DNA from: Actinomycetales bacterium
Lineage (GTDB): Bacteria > Actinomycetota > Actinomycetes > Actinomycetales > Microbacteriaceae
DNA: 64,000 nucleotides
Assembly (NCBI GenBank): GCA_038205545.1
Contig: JBBRBV010000009.1
Span: 1,913 to 65,912 of the forward strand
Direction: 5' to 3'
Below the pieces are notes generated by a model. That model did no database searches. It was not told where the DNA came from and saw only the letters and a program-made list of their open reading frames with translations. This document shows positions 1 to 9,397 of this stretch, piece after piece. The position numbers were made by a program, and so were the translations under genes. Position 1 is the first letter of the stretch; each line of letters starts with the position of its first letter.

Positions 1-430
1 CGACGGTCTGGTTCACCTCGGTCGGGCTCACGGTCAGCAGACGCCCGAATAACAGCGCGTCAAGCTGGCCGACGTAATTTGTTTCCCGTGAAACCACGAT
101 AATTCCTACGCTGAACATGGCCGTGAATACGATGGCGATCGCGGCGTCGGACGTGACGGCACGTTTGACGATAACCGTGAGCACGACGGCAGCAAGGAGG
201 GCCGCCACCATGGCTCCGACGAAGAGCCCGTCGCGCCCACCCCAGACAAACCCGATGGCGACACCGGGAAAGACCGCGTGGGTGAGTCCGTCGCTGATGA
301 ACTCGAGTCCGCGCAGGTTGACCAGTACTCCCACGAGTCCGGCGACGAGGCTGAGTACGACCAGCACGAGCAGCGCCCGTGCCATGAACGGCAGGTCGAA
401 CGCGGTGATCAACGAGGTGAAGACATCCAC
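1..430 (-). CDS. ABC-3 family metal (Zn/Mn-type) ABC transporter permease, C-terminal part cut off by window edge
   Basis: Absent from the ORF track because it runs off the window. Minus-strand translation from GTG at 430 reads [61 protein letters not shown]..., TM-rich and typical of ZnuB/MntB-type permeases. The start abuts the stop of the upstream ATPase (431-433). The listed + ORF 117..437 is its antisense artefact. Confidence 0.8.
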   Translation of the reverse strand, partial: MDVFTSLITAFDLPFMARALLVLVVLSLVAGLVGVLVNLRGLEFISDGLTHAVFPGVAIGFVWGGRDGLFVGAMVAALLAAVVLTVIVKRAVTSDAAIAIVFTAMFSVGIIVVSRETNYVGQLDALLFGRLLTVSPTEVNQTV

Positions 431-1228
431 TCAGTGACCTCCATGGCCGGGAACCACGATGGTGTGCTCGTCCATCTCCACACCGACCGAACCAAACGCC
501 TTCTGCACGTTCGTCAGGGTCAGGACCTCGTCGCGCGGGCCGAATGCCACCTGAGCGCCATTGAGCAGCAGTACGCTCTCACACACCGCGCGAGCGAGGT
601 CGAGGTCGTGGGTCGACACGAGCACTGCGACCCCCTGCTGCTTGAGGCGTTTCACGGTTTCGATCAGGGCGTCCCGGTTGACCTGGTCGAGACCGTTGAA
701 GGGCTCATCCAGCAGCAACAAGCGCGGGGCGGATGCCACGGCGCGCGCAAGCAGACCGCGCTGCTGCTGCCCGCCCGACAGCTCACCAAAGCGCGTCTTC
801 GCACGATTGCCCAGACCGACCGTTTCCAGCGCCTCGGCCACGGCCCGGCGATCAGCTTTGGCGGGCATGCGCCACCAACCGAGCGATCGGTAGCGCCCCA
901 TCATGACGACCTGCTCGAGCGAAATCGGAAAGTGCGGGTCGATTTGGTCGGTCTGTGGCACGTAGCCGATGTACCCCGCCGGCGCCGGCCACGCTCCGAG
1001 TACCTCGACGGTGCCGGACGTGCGGGCAATGAGCCCGAGAATGCCCTTGAGCAGGGTGGACTTGCCGGAGCCGTTGGGACCGATCAGGGCAACGGCCTGG
1101 CCGGGCATCACCTGAAAATCGATCCCGGTCAGCGCGGGCTCAGCACCGTACGCAAACGACGCCGCCGCCACTCGAAGGGCGGCGGCAGCGTTCGCTCGGG
1201 GTGTCTCTTGAGAAGTGTTCTCGATCAC
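431..1228 (-). CDS. metal-type ABC transporter ATP-binding protein
   Basis: 265 aa. Walker A GPNGSGKST, ABC signature LSGGQQQR, Walker B LLLLDEP. Flanked by a ZnuA/TroA-like binding protein and an ABC-3 permease. Confidence 0.93.
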   Translation of the reverse strand: MIENTSQETPRANAAAALRVAAASFAYGAEPALTGIDFQVMPGQAVALIGPNGSGKSTLLKGILGLIARTSGTVEVLGAWPAPAGYIGYVPQTDQIDPHFPISLEQVVMMGRYRSLGWWRMPAKADRRAVAEALETVGLGNRAKTRFGELSGGQQQRGLLARAVASAPRLLLLDEPFNGLDQVNRDALIETVKRLKQQGVAVLVSTHDLDLARAVCESVLLLNGAQVAFGPRDEVLTLTNVQKAFGSVGVEMDEHTIVVPGHGGH

Positions 1229-1235
1229 GACTTAA

Positions 1236-2270
1236 CTATCGCAGGTCGGCGGGCAGCGCAGAGGGTGTGACGCTCCACGATTCGAGCATGAGCGTGACGT
1301 TGTGCACTTGTGCCTTGAGGTAGGTATCGCCGGCACTTCCCGCGGGGCCGAGCGAGTCGACGTAGAGAGCATCGTCGCCGGAGTAGACGGTGACGCTGGC
1401 CTCGGTCGCGATCGTCTCGGCCGTCTTGGGACTCAGCGACGCCTCGGAGAAGACGGCCGTGACGCCGGTGGCCTTGATGGCCGTGACGAGGGCATCGATT
1501 TCGGCGGCGCTCGGCTCGGCGTTGTCGTCAAAGCTGGGAATAACCGAGCCGACATAGTCGATGTGGTACGCGGCGGTGAAATAACCCAGGGCATCGTGGT
1601 TACTTACGAGCAGTCGGTCTTTCTCCGGCACAGTGTCGACGTTGGTGTGAATCCACGCGTCGAGGTCAGCGAGTTGCGCGGTGTAGGCGGCGGCATTGGT
1701 TTCGAAGGTCGCGGCGTTGGTCCCGTCGGCGAGGACGAGCCCGTCGCTGATCGTCTGCACGATGGTCTCGGCATTGTGCACGTCGGTCCAGATGTGCGGG
1801 TCACCGCCCTCATGAGTGTGGGCGTCGTCAGTGTTTGTAGCGTCGGTGTGCGTAACGTCTGCGTCGGCGCTGTGATCCTCACCGGCACCGACCTCGGAGA
1901 TCTTGATGCCCTTGTCGGCGTCGATCGTGACGCCGTCGAAGCCGGACGCGGCAATGGCGTCGTCCAGCCACTCTTCGAGTCCCACGCCGTTGATGACGAG
2001 CACATCGGCTGCCCCGAGTGCGGTCAGGTCGGCCACTGACGGGTCGTAGCCGTGGGCGCTCTGGTTCGACTGAATGAGCTGGGTGAGGTCGACACCGGTG
2101 GCGTCTCCGATGACGTTGCGAGTGAAGTCGGCAATTTGCGTTGTCGTGGCGACGACCCGGAGGTCACCGGCAGCACCGTCGACGCTCGCGGGTGTTCCCC
2201 CCGAGCACCCCGACAGGGCCAGTACGGCAGAACCCAGAAATGCGGGAACAATGAAGTGTCTCTTGTGCAT
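1236..2270 (-). CDS. metal ABC transporter substrate-binding lipoprotein (ZnuA/TroA family)
   Basis: 344 aa. Signal peptide with lipobox LSGCSG. Acidic/His-rich loop DHSADADVTHTDATNTDDAHTHEGGDPH is typical of zinc-type binding proteins. First gene of an SBP-ATPase-permease operon. Confidence 0.9.
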   Translation of the reverse strand: MHKRHFIVPAFLGSAVLALSGCSGGTPASVDGAAGDLRVVATTTQIADFTRNVIGDATGVDLTQLIQSNQSAHGYDPSVADLTALGAADVLVINGVGLEEWLDDAIAASGFDGVTIDADKGIKISEVGAGEDHSADADVTHTDATNTDDAHTHEGGDPHIWTDVHNAETIVQTISDGLVLADGTNAATFETNAAAYTAQLADLDAWIHTNVDTVPEKDRLLVSNHDALGYFTAAYHIDYVGSVIPSFDDNAEPSAAEIDALVTAIKATGVTAVFSEASLSPKTAETIATEASVTVYSGDDALYVDSLGPAGSAGDTYLKAQVHNVTLMLESWSVTPSALPADLR

Positions 2271-2286
2271 TGTTCAAGAATAGCCT

Positions 2287-2307
2287 TGTTGATAATGATT
2301 GTCAACA
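2287..2307. promoter_or_regulatory. Fur-family (Zur-like) operator palindrome upstream of the metal ABC operon
   Basis: TGTTGATAAT-G-ATTGTCAACA, 9 of 10 arm positions symmetric, AT-rich, about 16 nt upstream of the minus-strand SBP start at 2270. Confidence 0.55.
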
Positions 2308-2341
2308 CCATTAGCGCCGTGCCGGCATCAACCGATCGGCA

Positions 2342-3715
2342 TTACTCGAGCAGCAGGGCAGGTTCCTCGATGATGCTCGCCACATCGGCGAGAAAACGGC
2401 TGGCGACATCGCCATCGACCACGCGATGGTCAAAGCTCGCACCGATGGTCGTCACGAAGCGAGCACGCACCTCACCGTCAACGACCCACGGTTTCTGCTT
2501 GATCGTGCCGAGCGCCACGATTCCCGCTTCGCCAGCATTGAGAATGGGCGTACCGGTGTCCATGCCGAACACGCCGATATTGGTGATCGTAATGGTGCCG
2601 TTGCTCATTTCGGCCGGGCTGGTCTTACCGTCCCGGGCGGTGATGGTCAGCTTCTCCAGTGCCGCAGCCAGCTCCAGCAGACTCATGTCCTGCGCTTCCT
2701 TGATGTTCGGCACGATCAGCCCGCGGGGGGTCGCCGCGGCGATACCGAGGTTCACGTAGTGCCGCACGATGACCTCCTCGTCGGTAAACGTCGAGTTCAC
2801 GGTGGGGTTGCGACGCACCGCCCAGATCATGGCCTTGGCCATGATCAGCAGGGGAGACACCCGAACGCCGGCAAAGTCGGTTGACGCCTTGAGTCGCTTG
2901 ACGAATTCCATGGTGCGGGTGGCATCGACGTCCACGAACAGACTCACGTGTGGCGCAGTGAAAGCACTCTTGACCATGGCCTGAGCGATGGCCTTGCGCA
3001 CACCCTTGACCGGGATGTGTTCATCGCGATCAACGGGCCATTCCGGCGTCTGGATATTGCGAAACACGCTGGCCTGGGTCGCCCCGCGCAGCACATCCTC
3101 CCGGGTCACGTCGCCGACCGGCCCCGTCGCCTCGACGAGGGACAGGTCGACCCCGAGGTCCTTGGCCAGCTTGCGAATCGGCGGCTTCGCCATCACCGGT
3201 CCAGCGGATGCCGTGCGCCGGGTCGGCTCCAGCGGTTCGGCGCGCGGGCGCGCCGGAGCAACAGGCGCCAGGGTCTCGTGGGCGACGGTTCCCCCAGCGT
3301 GTCGCCGCCGGGTGGGCATCGTGGCGGCGGCCCCGCGGCCAACGAGCACCGGCTCGGGCGCCTCGTTACTGATGCTGCTGCTGGTATCCCGGGCAACGGT
3401 ACCGCCGGGCTGAGTCGCGGATGCTGCAGCATCCGCCTCGGGAGCTTTCGTCGGCTGGTCGGCGCTCACGTCGCTGTGCGAATCGATAGTGATGATCAGG
3501 GTGCCCACGTCGACGGTCGTACCGGCGGAAACCAAGATTTCCCCGACCACGCCAACGAACGGCGACGGCAGCTCGACCAGGGATTTGGCCGTTTCGATCT
3601 CGACCAGCACCTGGTTGATCGACACGGTGTCGCCGGGGGCGACCTTCCACTCGACTATTTCGGCCTCGGTCAGGCCTTCGCCGACGTCGGGGAGAGTGAA
3701 CTTCGACACGCTCAT
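2342..3715 (-). CDS. bkdC: dihydrolipoamide acyltransferase, E2 of branched-chain 2-oxoacid dehydrogenase complex
   Basis: Lipoyl domain with VEIETAKS lipoyl-lysine motif, Ala/Pro-rich linker, catalytic SFDHRVVDG motif. Start trimmed from the 3919 ORF to ATG 3715 ([15 protein letters not shown]), preceded by GGAAAGG. The upstream 68 codons overlap E1beta and look non-coding. Confidence 0.92.
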   Translation of the reverse strand: MSVSKFTLPDVGEGLTEAEIVEWKVAPGDTVSINQVLVEIETAKSLVELPSPFVGVVGEILVSAGTTVDVGTLIITIDSHSDVSADQPTKAPEADAAASATQPGGTVARDTSSSISNEAPEPVLVGRGAAATMPTRRRHAGGTVAHETLAPVAPARPRAEPLEPTRRTASAGPVMAKPPIRKLAKDLGVDLSLVEATGPVGDVTREDVLRGATQASVFRNIQTPEWPVDRDEHIPVKGVRKAIAQAMVKSAFTAPHVSLFVDVDATRTMEFVKRLKASTDFAGVRVSPLLIMAKAMIWAVRRNPTVNSTFTDEEVIVRHYVNLGIAAATPRGLIVPNIKEAQDMSLLELAAALEKLTITARDGKTSPAEMSNGTITITNIGVFGMDTGTPILNAGEAGIVALGTIKQKPWVVDGEVRARFVTTIGASFDHRVVDGDVASRFLADVASIIEEPALLLE

Positions 3716-3752
3716 GCTGTGCCTTTCCTGCTGCTGGTGGAAGTGAGAATGA

Positions 3753-4757
3753 TCAGTAGGCGAGGGAGCGGTCGACGGCTTCCAGCACCCGGTCGGGGCT
3801 CGGCAGAAAATGCGTCTCCACGGCGGCCGGCGGAAACGGAGTGTCGAAGCCGGACACCCGCAGCACGGGCGCCTCGAGCGTGTAGAACGCCCGTTCAGCG
3901 ACGGTGGCGGCGATCTCACTGCCGACGCTCACGAAGCCGGGGGCTTCCTGAGTGACGACGAAGCGACCGGTCTTGTGCACCGAATTCAGGATTGGTCCGT
4001 AATCGATCGGGGAGATTGACCGCAGGTCGATGACCTCCAGGCTGATGCCCTCGGCGGCGGCGAGCTCGGCGGCCTGCAACAGCACACTCACCATGGCGCC
4101 GTGGCCGACAACGGTGACGTCGCTCCCGGCCCGCACCACGCGACTAGCGTGCAGCGGCGTTCCGCTTTCGCCAAAACGCACCTCTCCCTTGGGCCAGTAG
4201 CGACTCTTCGGCTCGAAGAAGATCACCGGGTCGTCACTCTGGATGGCTTCCTGCATCATCCAGTAGGCGTCGTGCGGGTTGGAGGGGCTGACCACCCGCA
4301 GGCCTGGGGTATGCGCGAAGTACGCTTCCGGGCTCTCCTGGTGGTGCTCGATCGACCCGATGTGTCCGCCGTAGGGAATGCGAATGACGACGGGCATAAT
4401 GAGACCACCCTCGTGGCGGTTACGCATGCGGGCCAGCTGGCTGGTGATCTGGTCAAAGCCCGGAAAGACGAATCCGTCGAACTGAATCTCGCAGACCGGG
4501 CGAAACCCGCGCATCGCGAGACCGATGGCCGTACCGATGATGCCCGACTCGGCCAGCGGCGTATCGAGCACCCGCTTGTCGCCGAACTCGGCAATGAGGC
4601 CCTCGGTGACCCGAAAGACGCCGCCCAGCGGGCCGATATCTTCGCCCATGAGCAGCACCGTGGGGTCACCCAGCAGCGCCTGCCGCAGCCCCGCGTTCAG
4701 GGCCTTCGTCATCGGCAGCGAAGCAGATTCAACGCTCGTGTCAGTTGCAACGGTCAT
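3753..4757 (-). CDS. bkdB: 2-oxoacid dehydrogenase E1 component, beta subunit
   Basis: 334 aa with transketolase-like pyrimidine-binding and C-terminal domains ([25 protein letters not shown]). ATGA overlap with E1alpha at 4757. Confidence 0.93.
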   Translation of the reverse strand: MTVATDTSVESASLPMTKALNAGLRQALLGDPTVLLMGEDIGPLGGVFRVTEGLIAEFGDKRVLDTPLAESGIIGTAIGLAMRGFRPVCEIQFDGFVFPGFDQITSQLARMRNRHEGGLIMPVVIRIPYGGHIGSIEHHQESPEAYFAHTPGLRVVSPSNPHDAYWMMQEAIQSDDPVIFFEPKSRYWPKGEVRFGESGTPLHASRVVRAGSDVTVVGHGAMVSVLLQAAELAAAEGISLEVIDLRSISPIDYGPILNSVHKTGRFVVTQEAPGFVSVGSEIAATVAERAFYTLEAPVLRVSGFDTPFPPAAVETHFLPSPDRVLEAVDRSLAY

Positions 4758-5965
4758 TAGCTTTTACCCTCGTCAAACGACGCTTCGTAGCGTTCCAGCC
4801 AGGTCTTTTGCTCAGCCACGAGCGGATGCGGTTCCGCATAGACATTGTCGAAAATCACCGATCGTTCCGGGCCGGTGATCTCCAGGGCACGACGGCGGGT
4901 GTCGGCGGCGAAGTCGGCGGCCTCTTCGTCGACGGCGTCGAGAAATTCCTGCTCGATACCGCGGCCCTGCAGATAGCTGCGAAAACGCACGATCGGGTCG
5001 CGGGCCACCCAGTAGGCGAGTTCGTCGGGGTCACGGTACTTGGTGGGGTCATCGGCGGTGGTGTGTGCGCCGACACGGTAGGTGAGCGCCTCGATCATTG
5101 ACGGGCCGTGACCGGCGCGGGCGTCATCCATTGATTTCGCCGTGACGGCAAAGCTCGCGAGCACATCGTTGCCATCGATCTGGGTGCCCGGCATCCCAAA
5201 ACCACCGGCGCGCAGGTAAAGCGGCGTGCGAGACTGCCGGGCGACGGGGACCGAAATAGCCCAGTGGTTGTTTTGCAGAAAGAAGACCTGGGGGGTCTGG
5301 TAGCTCGCCGCGAACACGAGTGCCTCGTTGGCGTCGCCCTGCGAGGAGGCGCCGTCGCCGTAATAGACAATCACGGCCTGATCGGTGAGGGGATTGCCGG
5401 TCGCGGTTGATCCGTCGAGTTGCATGCCCATGGCATAGCCGGTGGAATGCAGCGTTTGCGAAGCGAGCACGAGGGTATAGAGGTGAAAGTTTCCGTGCTC
5501 TTCAGGCACCCAGCCACCCAGGGTGACTCCCCGCAGCATGCGCAGAATGTCGACGACGTCGAGGCCACGAATCATGCCGACGACGTGCTCCCGGTAGGAA
5601 GGAAAAACGTGGTCCTGCGATCTCGTGGCGTAGGCCGACCCGACCTGGGCGGCTTCCTGTCCGTGGCTCGGTACCCAGAGAGCGAGTTGGCCCTGGCGTT
5701 GCAGGTTGGCCGCCTCGGTGTCGAACTTTCGTACCATGACCATGTCTCGGTAGAAACGCCGGTGGTCGGCCTCGGTGAGCCGGTCGAGGTAAGGAAGAAA
5801 CTCTTCGGCGGCACCGTTCGGTTCGAATACCCCGGCCGGGGAAATCATGCGCACGCAGGTCTCCGCCCCATCGAGGCCGAAGGCCGTGGGCGCTGCAGTC
5901 GTGGGCGCTGCAGTCGTGGGCGCTGCAAACGTGGGTGCAGGCGCGTCGTTTCGGGTGGCTGACAC
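4757..5965 (-). CDS. bkdA: 2-oxoacid dehydrogenase E1 component, alpha subunit (TPP-dependent)
   Basis: 402 aa. TPP-binding motif YYGDGASSQGDANEAL...NN. GTG start. The N-terminus carries an (AAPTT)n repeat. Confidence 0.92.
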   Translation of the reverse strand: MSATRNDAPAPTFAAPTTAAPTTAAPTAFGLDGAETCVRMISPAGVFEPNGAAEEFLPYLDRLTEADHRRFYRDMVMVRKFDTEAANLQRQGQLALWVPSHGQEAAQVGSAYATRSQDHVFPSYREHVVGMIRGLDVVDILRMLRGVTLGGWVPEEHGNFHLYTLVLASQTLHSTGYAMGMQLDGSTATGNPLTDQAVIVYYGDGASSQGDANEALVFAASYQTPQVFFLQNNHWAISVPVARQSRTPLYLRAGGFGMPGTQIDGNDVLASFAVTAKSMDDARAGHGPSMIEALTYRVGAHTTADDPTKYRDPDELAYWVARDPIVRFRSYLQGRGIEQEFLDAVDEEAADFAADTRRRALEITGPERSVIFDNVYAEPHPLVAEQKTWLERYEASFDEGKS

Positions 5966-5969
5966 CGTC

Positions 5970-7076
5970 CTAACCTATCTGCCGAGCAGGGTGATCGGCA
6001 GGAAGGGCGTCGACAAGATCAGCGGTCACTAGTAGGAGTGTAGCCACAGCCTGCTCCTCACCGATTGAGACACGGATGCCTTCGGATGCGAACGGCCGCA
6101 CGACCAGGCCGGCTGCGCCGAGCGCCTCGGCGATGCTCGTCGTTTCGAGGCCGGTCGGCAGCCAAAGAAAGTTGCCTTGCGGCGCAGGAATATTCCAGCC
6201 CTGGCCGGTCAGCGCCTGCCAGGTCGAATCGCGACGCTCGGCAATGATTCGAACCCGGGCGAGCAGTTCCTTCTCCGCCTCGAGCGAGGCGATCGCGGCG
6301 GCTGCCGCCTGTGCGGTGACCGAGAGGGGAATGGCGGTCGATCGGGCGGCATTCAGAATATCCACGGGACCCAGCGCATAGCCGACCCGCAGTCCGGCCA
6401 GGCCATAGGCCTTCGAGAACGTACGCAGAACGACCAGATTGGGGTAGCGGGAGAGCAGGGGTGGGCCGCTCACGGCATCCGCCTGGGTCACGAACTCGAT
6501 ATATGCCTCATCGAGAATAACCAGCAGGTTGGTCGGTACGACGGCCATGAACGCCTCAAACTCGTCCCTGGTGACGACCGTGCCGGTGGGGTTATTCGGC
6601 GAGCAGACGATGACGACCCGGGTGTTATCACCAATGGAAGCGGCCATTTCCGGCAGGTCATGACCGTGATCGGTGCGATTGGGCACTCGCACGCTCGTGG
6701 CCCCGGCAACAGCAACGAGCGAGGGGTACGCCTCAAACGAGCGCCAAGAGTAGAGCACTTCGTCGCCAGGGCCAGCCGCGGCAAGAATCAGCTGGGCCAA
6801 CAGTGCCACCGAGCCGGAACCGATATGCACCGAGTCGACGTCGACGCTGAACTTGGTGGCGAGACGTTTACGCAGAACGAGTGCCGACGCATCCGGGTAG
6901 CGGTTGTAGGACGTTTCGGCCGTAACCGCAGCGATAACTCCGGGCAGTGGGTCAAAGGGGTTTTCGTTGCTGGAGAGCTTAAAGGCACTGGCATCAGCTG
7001 GTTTGCCCTGCTTATAGGCCGGGAGGGCGATGATCTCCGGGCGCAGGCGGACTGAGGTTCGGTCTGAGAGGCTCAC
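5970..7076 (-). CDS. class II PLP aminotransferase, histidinol-phosphate/aromatic aminotransferase (HisC-like) family
   Basis: 368 aa. [10 protein letters not shown] motif, [15 protein letters not shown] with the PLP lysine. Ends 4 nt upstream of the E1alpha start, so probably co-transcribed with the dehydrogenase genes. Confidence 0.88.
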   Translation of the reverse strand: MSLSDRTSVRLRPEIIALPAYKQGKPADASAFKLSSNENPFDPLPGVIAAVTAETSYNRYPDASALVLRKRLATKFSVDVDSVHIGSGSVALLAQLILAAAGPGDEVLYSWRSFEAYPSLVAVAGATSVRVPNRTDHGHDLPEMAASIGDNTRVVIVCSPNNPTGTVVTRDEFEAFMAVVPTNLLVILDEAYIEFVTQADAVSGPPLLSRYPNLVVLRTFSKAYGLAGLRVGYALGPVDILNAARSTAIPLSVTAQAAAAAIASLEAEKELLARVRIIAERRDSTWQALTGQGWNIPAPQGNFLWLPTGLETTSIAEALGAAGLVVRPFASEGIRVSIGEEQAVATLLLVTADLVDALPADHPARQIG

Positions 7077-7165
7077 TCGGTGAGTCTACGCCCGGATATA
7101 TTCGCAATGGCGAATGGGTGTTCGCTCGACTTTCGCCCGCCGCACACCGGTGAGATAGTAGGGGC

Positions 7166-7558
7166 ATGGCCCGATTCCTGATCCAACTGATCGTCAACGC
7201 GGTAGCGCTGTGGTTCACCGCTCTGCTCGTGACCGGGGTGCACGTTACGCCCTACGCGCCGGATACCGGTGCCAGCGTGCTCACCTATCTGCTCATCGCG
7301 CTCATCTTCGGCTTTGTGAACACCGTCGTGGGTGGTGTGCTGCGGGTCGTCGCTTTTCCGCTGTACATTCTGACGCTCGGCCTGTTCTCGCTGATCGTCA
7401 ACGGCCTGCTCCTGTTGCTCGTGGGCTGGCTTTCGGGCTTTCTGGGCTTCGGTCTGGTCGTCGACAGTTTCTGGTGGGGGGTGTTGGGTGCCCTGGTGCT
7501 CGGCATCATCTCCTGGTTGCTTGGCCTCATTCTGCGCCCGGTGACCGCGCGCGACTGA
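7166..7558 (+). CDS. phage-holin-family-IV-like small membrane protein (4 TM)
   Basis: 130 aa, four hydrophobic segments, N-terminus MARFLIQLIVNAVALWFTALLV typical of this widespread family. No phage context. Confidence 0.75.
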   Translation: MARFLIQLIVNAVALWFTALLVTGVHVTPYAPDTGASVLTYLLIALIFGFVNTVVGGVLRVVAFPLYILTLGLFSLIVNGLLLLLVGWLSGFLGFGLVVDSFWWGVLGALVLGIISWLLGLILRPVTARD

Positions 7559-7570
7559 GCCGGCCTCTCA

Positions 7571-8995
7571 CTACTGCATCGAAGGTCCGTCCGGCGAGCG
7601 AATACCCCGCCACAGAACAGCCTCGCCCGGGCGGCTCCCCAGAACCCCGGCAACGGTGTCCCGAAAATTCCGCAGGCTTTCCTGCGGCGACGCATCAATG
7701 AGCACCGCCGTTTCGCGATAACGGTCGAGGTGGTGTGCCGGTAGGGCCTCCCCGGCCGGTACCGGCACCGAGGCGAAGGCCTCTCGGCGAACGGTCACGC
7801 GATCGACCGATTCGGTCAGGCTGGCACCGCCGAGAGCGGTCACCACATCGTCGGTGTGCTCGACGGTGAGGGTGGCGACACCGGGCGGTACCGGGACCTT
7901 CGATTCAGGCGCCCCGAACGTTGCGACCGCCTGCACCGCAAATACCTCGGACGCGGCGACCTGCGTGGCAACCAGCCCGCCCTGGGAGTGACCAACGATC
8001 ACCACCGGGTCGTTGGCTCCTATCCCCGCAGACCGCATACTCTGCATCACCGCCTCGAATGATCCCGCGTTCTGCCCAGCCATCGCCGTGACGTTGGCCG
8101 TGAGGTCCCAGGGTTCAGTCGTGGCAACGGCATCCCAGTCGACCGTTCCACCGATATAGACGGCCCACGACGGATGCTCGCGCGTACCGTAATTCTCGAT
8201 GCCCACCTGGGGTTGCCCCACCACGGCCTTCGGGATTCGCGCGGCAAGGTCGCCCGCTCCCGTCGGCGGTATGATCACCTGTGCTGCTCCGACCGGGGCG
8301 GCCCGCACCGATGTTTCCCGAAGCTTGCCGCCACGCCGCGCCAGAGCAAGGACGGCCAGAGCCGTGGTGGACACGCCGAACAGGCCGATTCCGGTATCAC
8401 CCAGAAACAGATCGACCGGCAGTGGCACGCCGAGAGCGCCAGCCCCAGCATCATCGAGTGAGGAGACGAGTAACCGCGCGAGCACAACGACGGCAGGATT
8501 TGTCAGAAGGCGGGCATTGATCGCTTGGGCGCTGTCCGTGTCAAGCTGACTGCTCCACGCCAGCCACCCCAGCGCCCCTCTGGCTGCCGGTCCGATGGAC
8601 AAGAGGAGAGCCAGCATGCCGAACTGCCCCGCGTGATGCCCTAATCGTGCGCTTTCGAGCACGGCGAGGTGCATCGCCGTGCGTTCCGCCGCGCCGTAGC
8701 GTTCCGCCGCCGCGATGAGGCTCGCGGCGAGGTCGCCGCTGCTGTGTTCCAGGTCACCCAGCGCCACCCAGGCCCAGAGCAGCGTCATCCCGGGGTCCTC
8801 TGGGTTTAATTTCTGAGGTCCATCGGGGTTCAGCTGCCGGATGGTGTTCACCCGGATCTGCCAGTCTGCGGCCTGACTCTGGGTGGAGCGCAATATTTCG
8901 GCCTGGGCCAGGACCACATCGGTGGCCACGATCGTCGTTCCACCGACTGAAACAGTGAGTGCTCTTCCCTCAGCCGTGGGCGGGCTCTCGCTCAC
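7571..8995 (-). CDS. alpha/beta-hydrolase (lipase/esterase-like) with large N-terminal domain of unknown function
   Basis: 474 aa. Nucleophile elbow VIVGHSQGG in the C-terminal half. The N-terminal ~270 aa has helical and hydrophobic segments with no family I recognise. The GTG start overlaps the stop of the upstream small ORF (GTGA). Confidence 0.75.
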   Translation of the reverse strand: MSESPPTAEGRALTVSVGGTTIVATDVVLAQAEILRSTQSQAADWQIRVNTIRQLNPDGPQKLNPEDPGMTLLWAWVALGDLEHSSGDLAASLIAAAERYGAAERTAMHLAVLESARLGHHAGQFGMLALLLSIGPAARGALGWLAWSSQLDTDSAQAINARLLTNPAVVVLARLLVSSLDDAGAGALGVPLPVDLFLGDTGIGLFGVSTTALAVLALARRGGKLRETSVRAAPVGAAQVIIPPTGAGDLAARIPKAVVGQPQVGIENYGTREHPSWAVYIGGTVDWDAVATTEPWDLTANVTAMAGQNAGSFEAVMQSMRSAGIGANDPVVIVGHSQGGLVATQVAASEVFAVQAVATFGAPESKVPVPPGVATLTVEHTDDVVTALGGASLTESVDRVTVRREAFASVPVPAGEALPAHHLDRYRETAVLIDASPQESLRNFRDTVAGVLGSRPGEAVLWRGIRSPDGPSMQ

Positions 8996-9279
8996 TCGTC
9001 GTCCGCCGCTTGCAGCTGGCAGATACTGCGCCAGATCTGCTCTTGAGCTTCCACCAGGAAGTCCAACACGCCCTGGAGATCGTGCACCATCTCGTCAACC
9101 CGCCCCCGGTAGGCCCGCTGAGCACTCGAGCTCCAGAATTGGCTGGGGTCAAGACTGATCAGTTGACGTTTTGCATCGTTGATCTCTCCGGTGAGGCTCA
9201 AGAGGCGGCTTCGTTGCGCTCGAAGAGCCGGAAGCTGGTTGGCCTGGGCGGGCGAGAGGATCCCGTAGCGATCGTCCAT
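8992..9279 (-). CDS. small helical protein of unknown function, coupled to the hydrolase
   Basis: 95 aa, apparently two long helices around a central turn (PSQFWSSSAQ). Translationally coupled (GTGA) to 7571..8995. Confidence 0.6.
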   Translation of the reverse strand: MDDRYGILSPAQANQLPALRAQRSRLLSLTGEINDAKRQLISLDPSQFWSSSAQRAYRGRVDEMVHDLQGVLDFLVEAQEQIWRSICQLQAADDE

Positions 9280-9397
9280 GACACCTCCTTGTCAGTGCCG
9301 ATCGTTGCAGAATCACCGACGAGCCCGGCCACTTTCGGCGAATTCTGTGCACAGACGCACAATACTGAGCGTGTGGAGAAGACGAATCTGCTCCACA

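Noticed and set aside
278-1270. 330-aa + strand ORF (also 117..437 and 561..893)
   Set aside because: They are antisense to clearly recognisable ABC ATPase and permease genes. They carry no motifs and are typical high-GC antisense open frames.
3716-3919. N-terminal extensions of longest ORFs (E2 to 3919, murJ to 23104, trxB to 24968, trxA to 25989, pbpA to 55103, rnpA to 34985, gyrA to 41987, ppiA to 45951, mmsB to 63846)
   Set aside because: The extensions overlap the preceding gene or have Arg/Pro-rich non-protein-like composition. Internal ATG/GTG starts with RBS-like purine tracts give N-termini that match the expected family starts.
7166-8995. Holin-like gene next to a hydrolase, read as a possible lysis cassette or prophage remnant
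   Set aside because: The genes are convergent rather than co-transcribed. The hydrolase has a lipase/esterase-type GHSQG motif rather than a muramidase or amidase. No integrase, terminase or structural genes are nearby. Holin-family-IV proteins are common outside phages.
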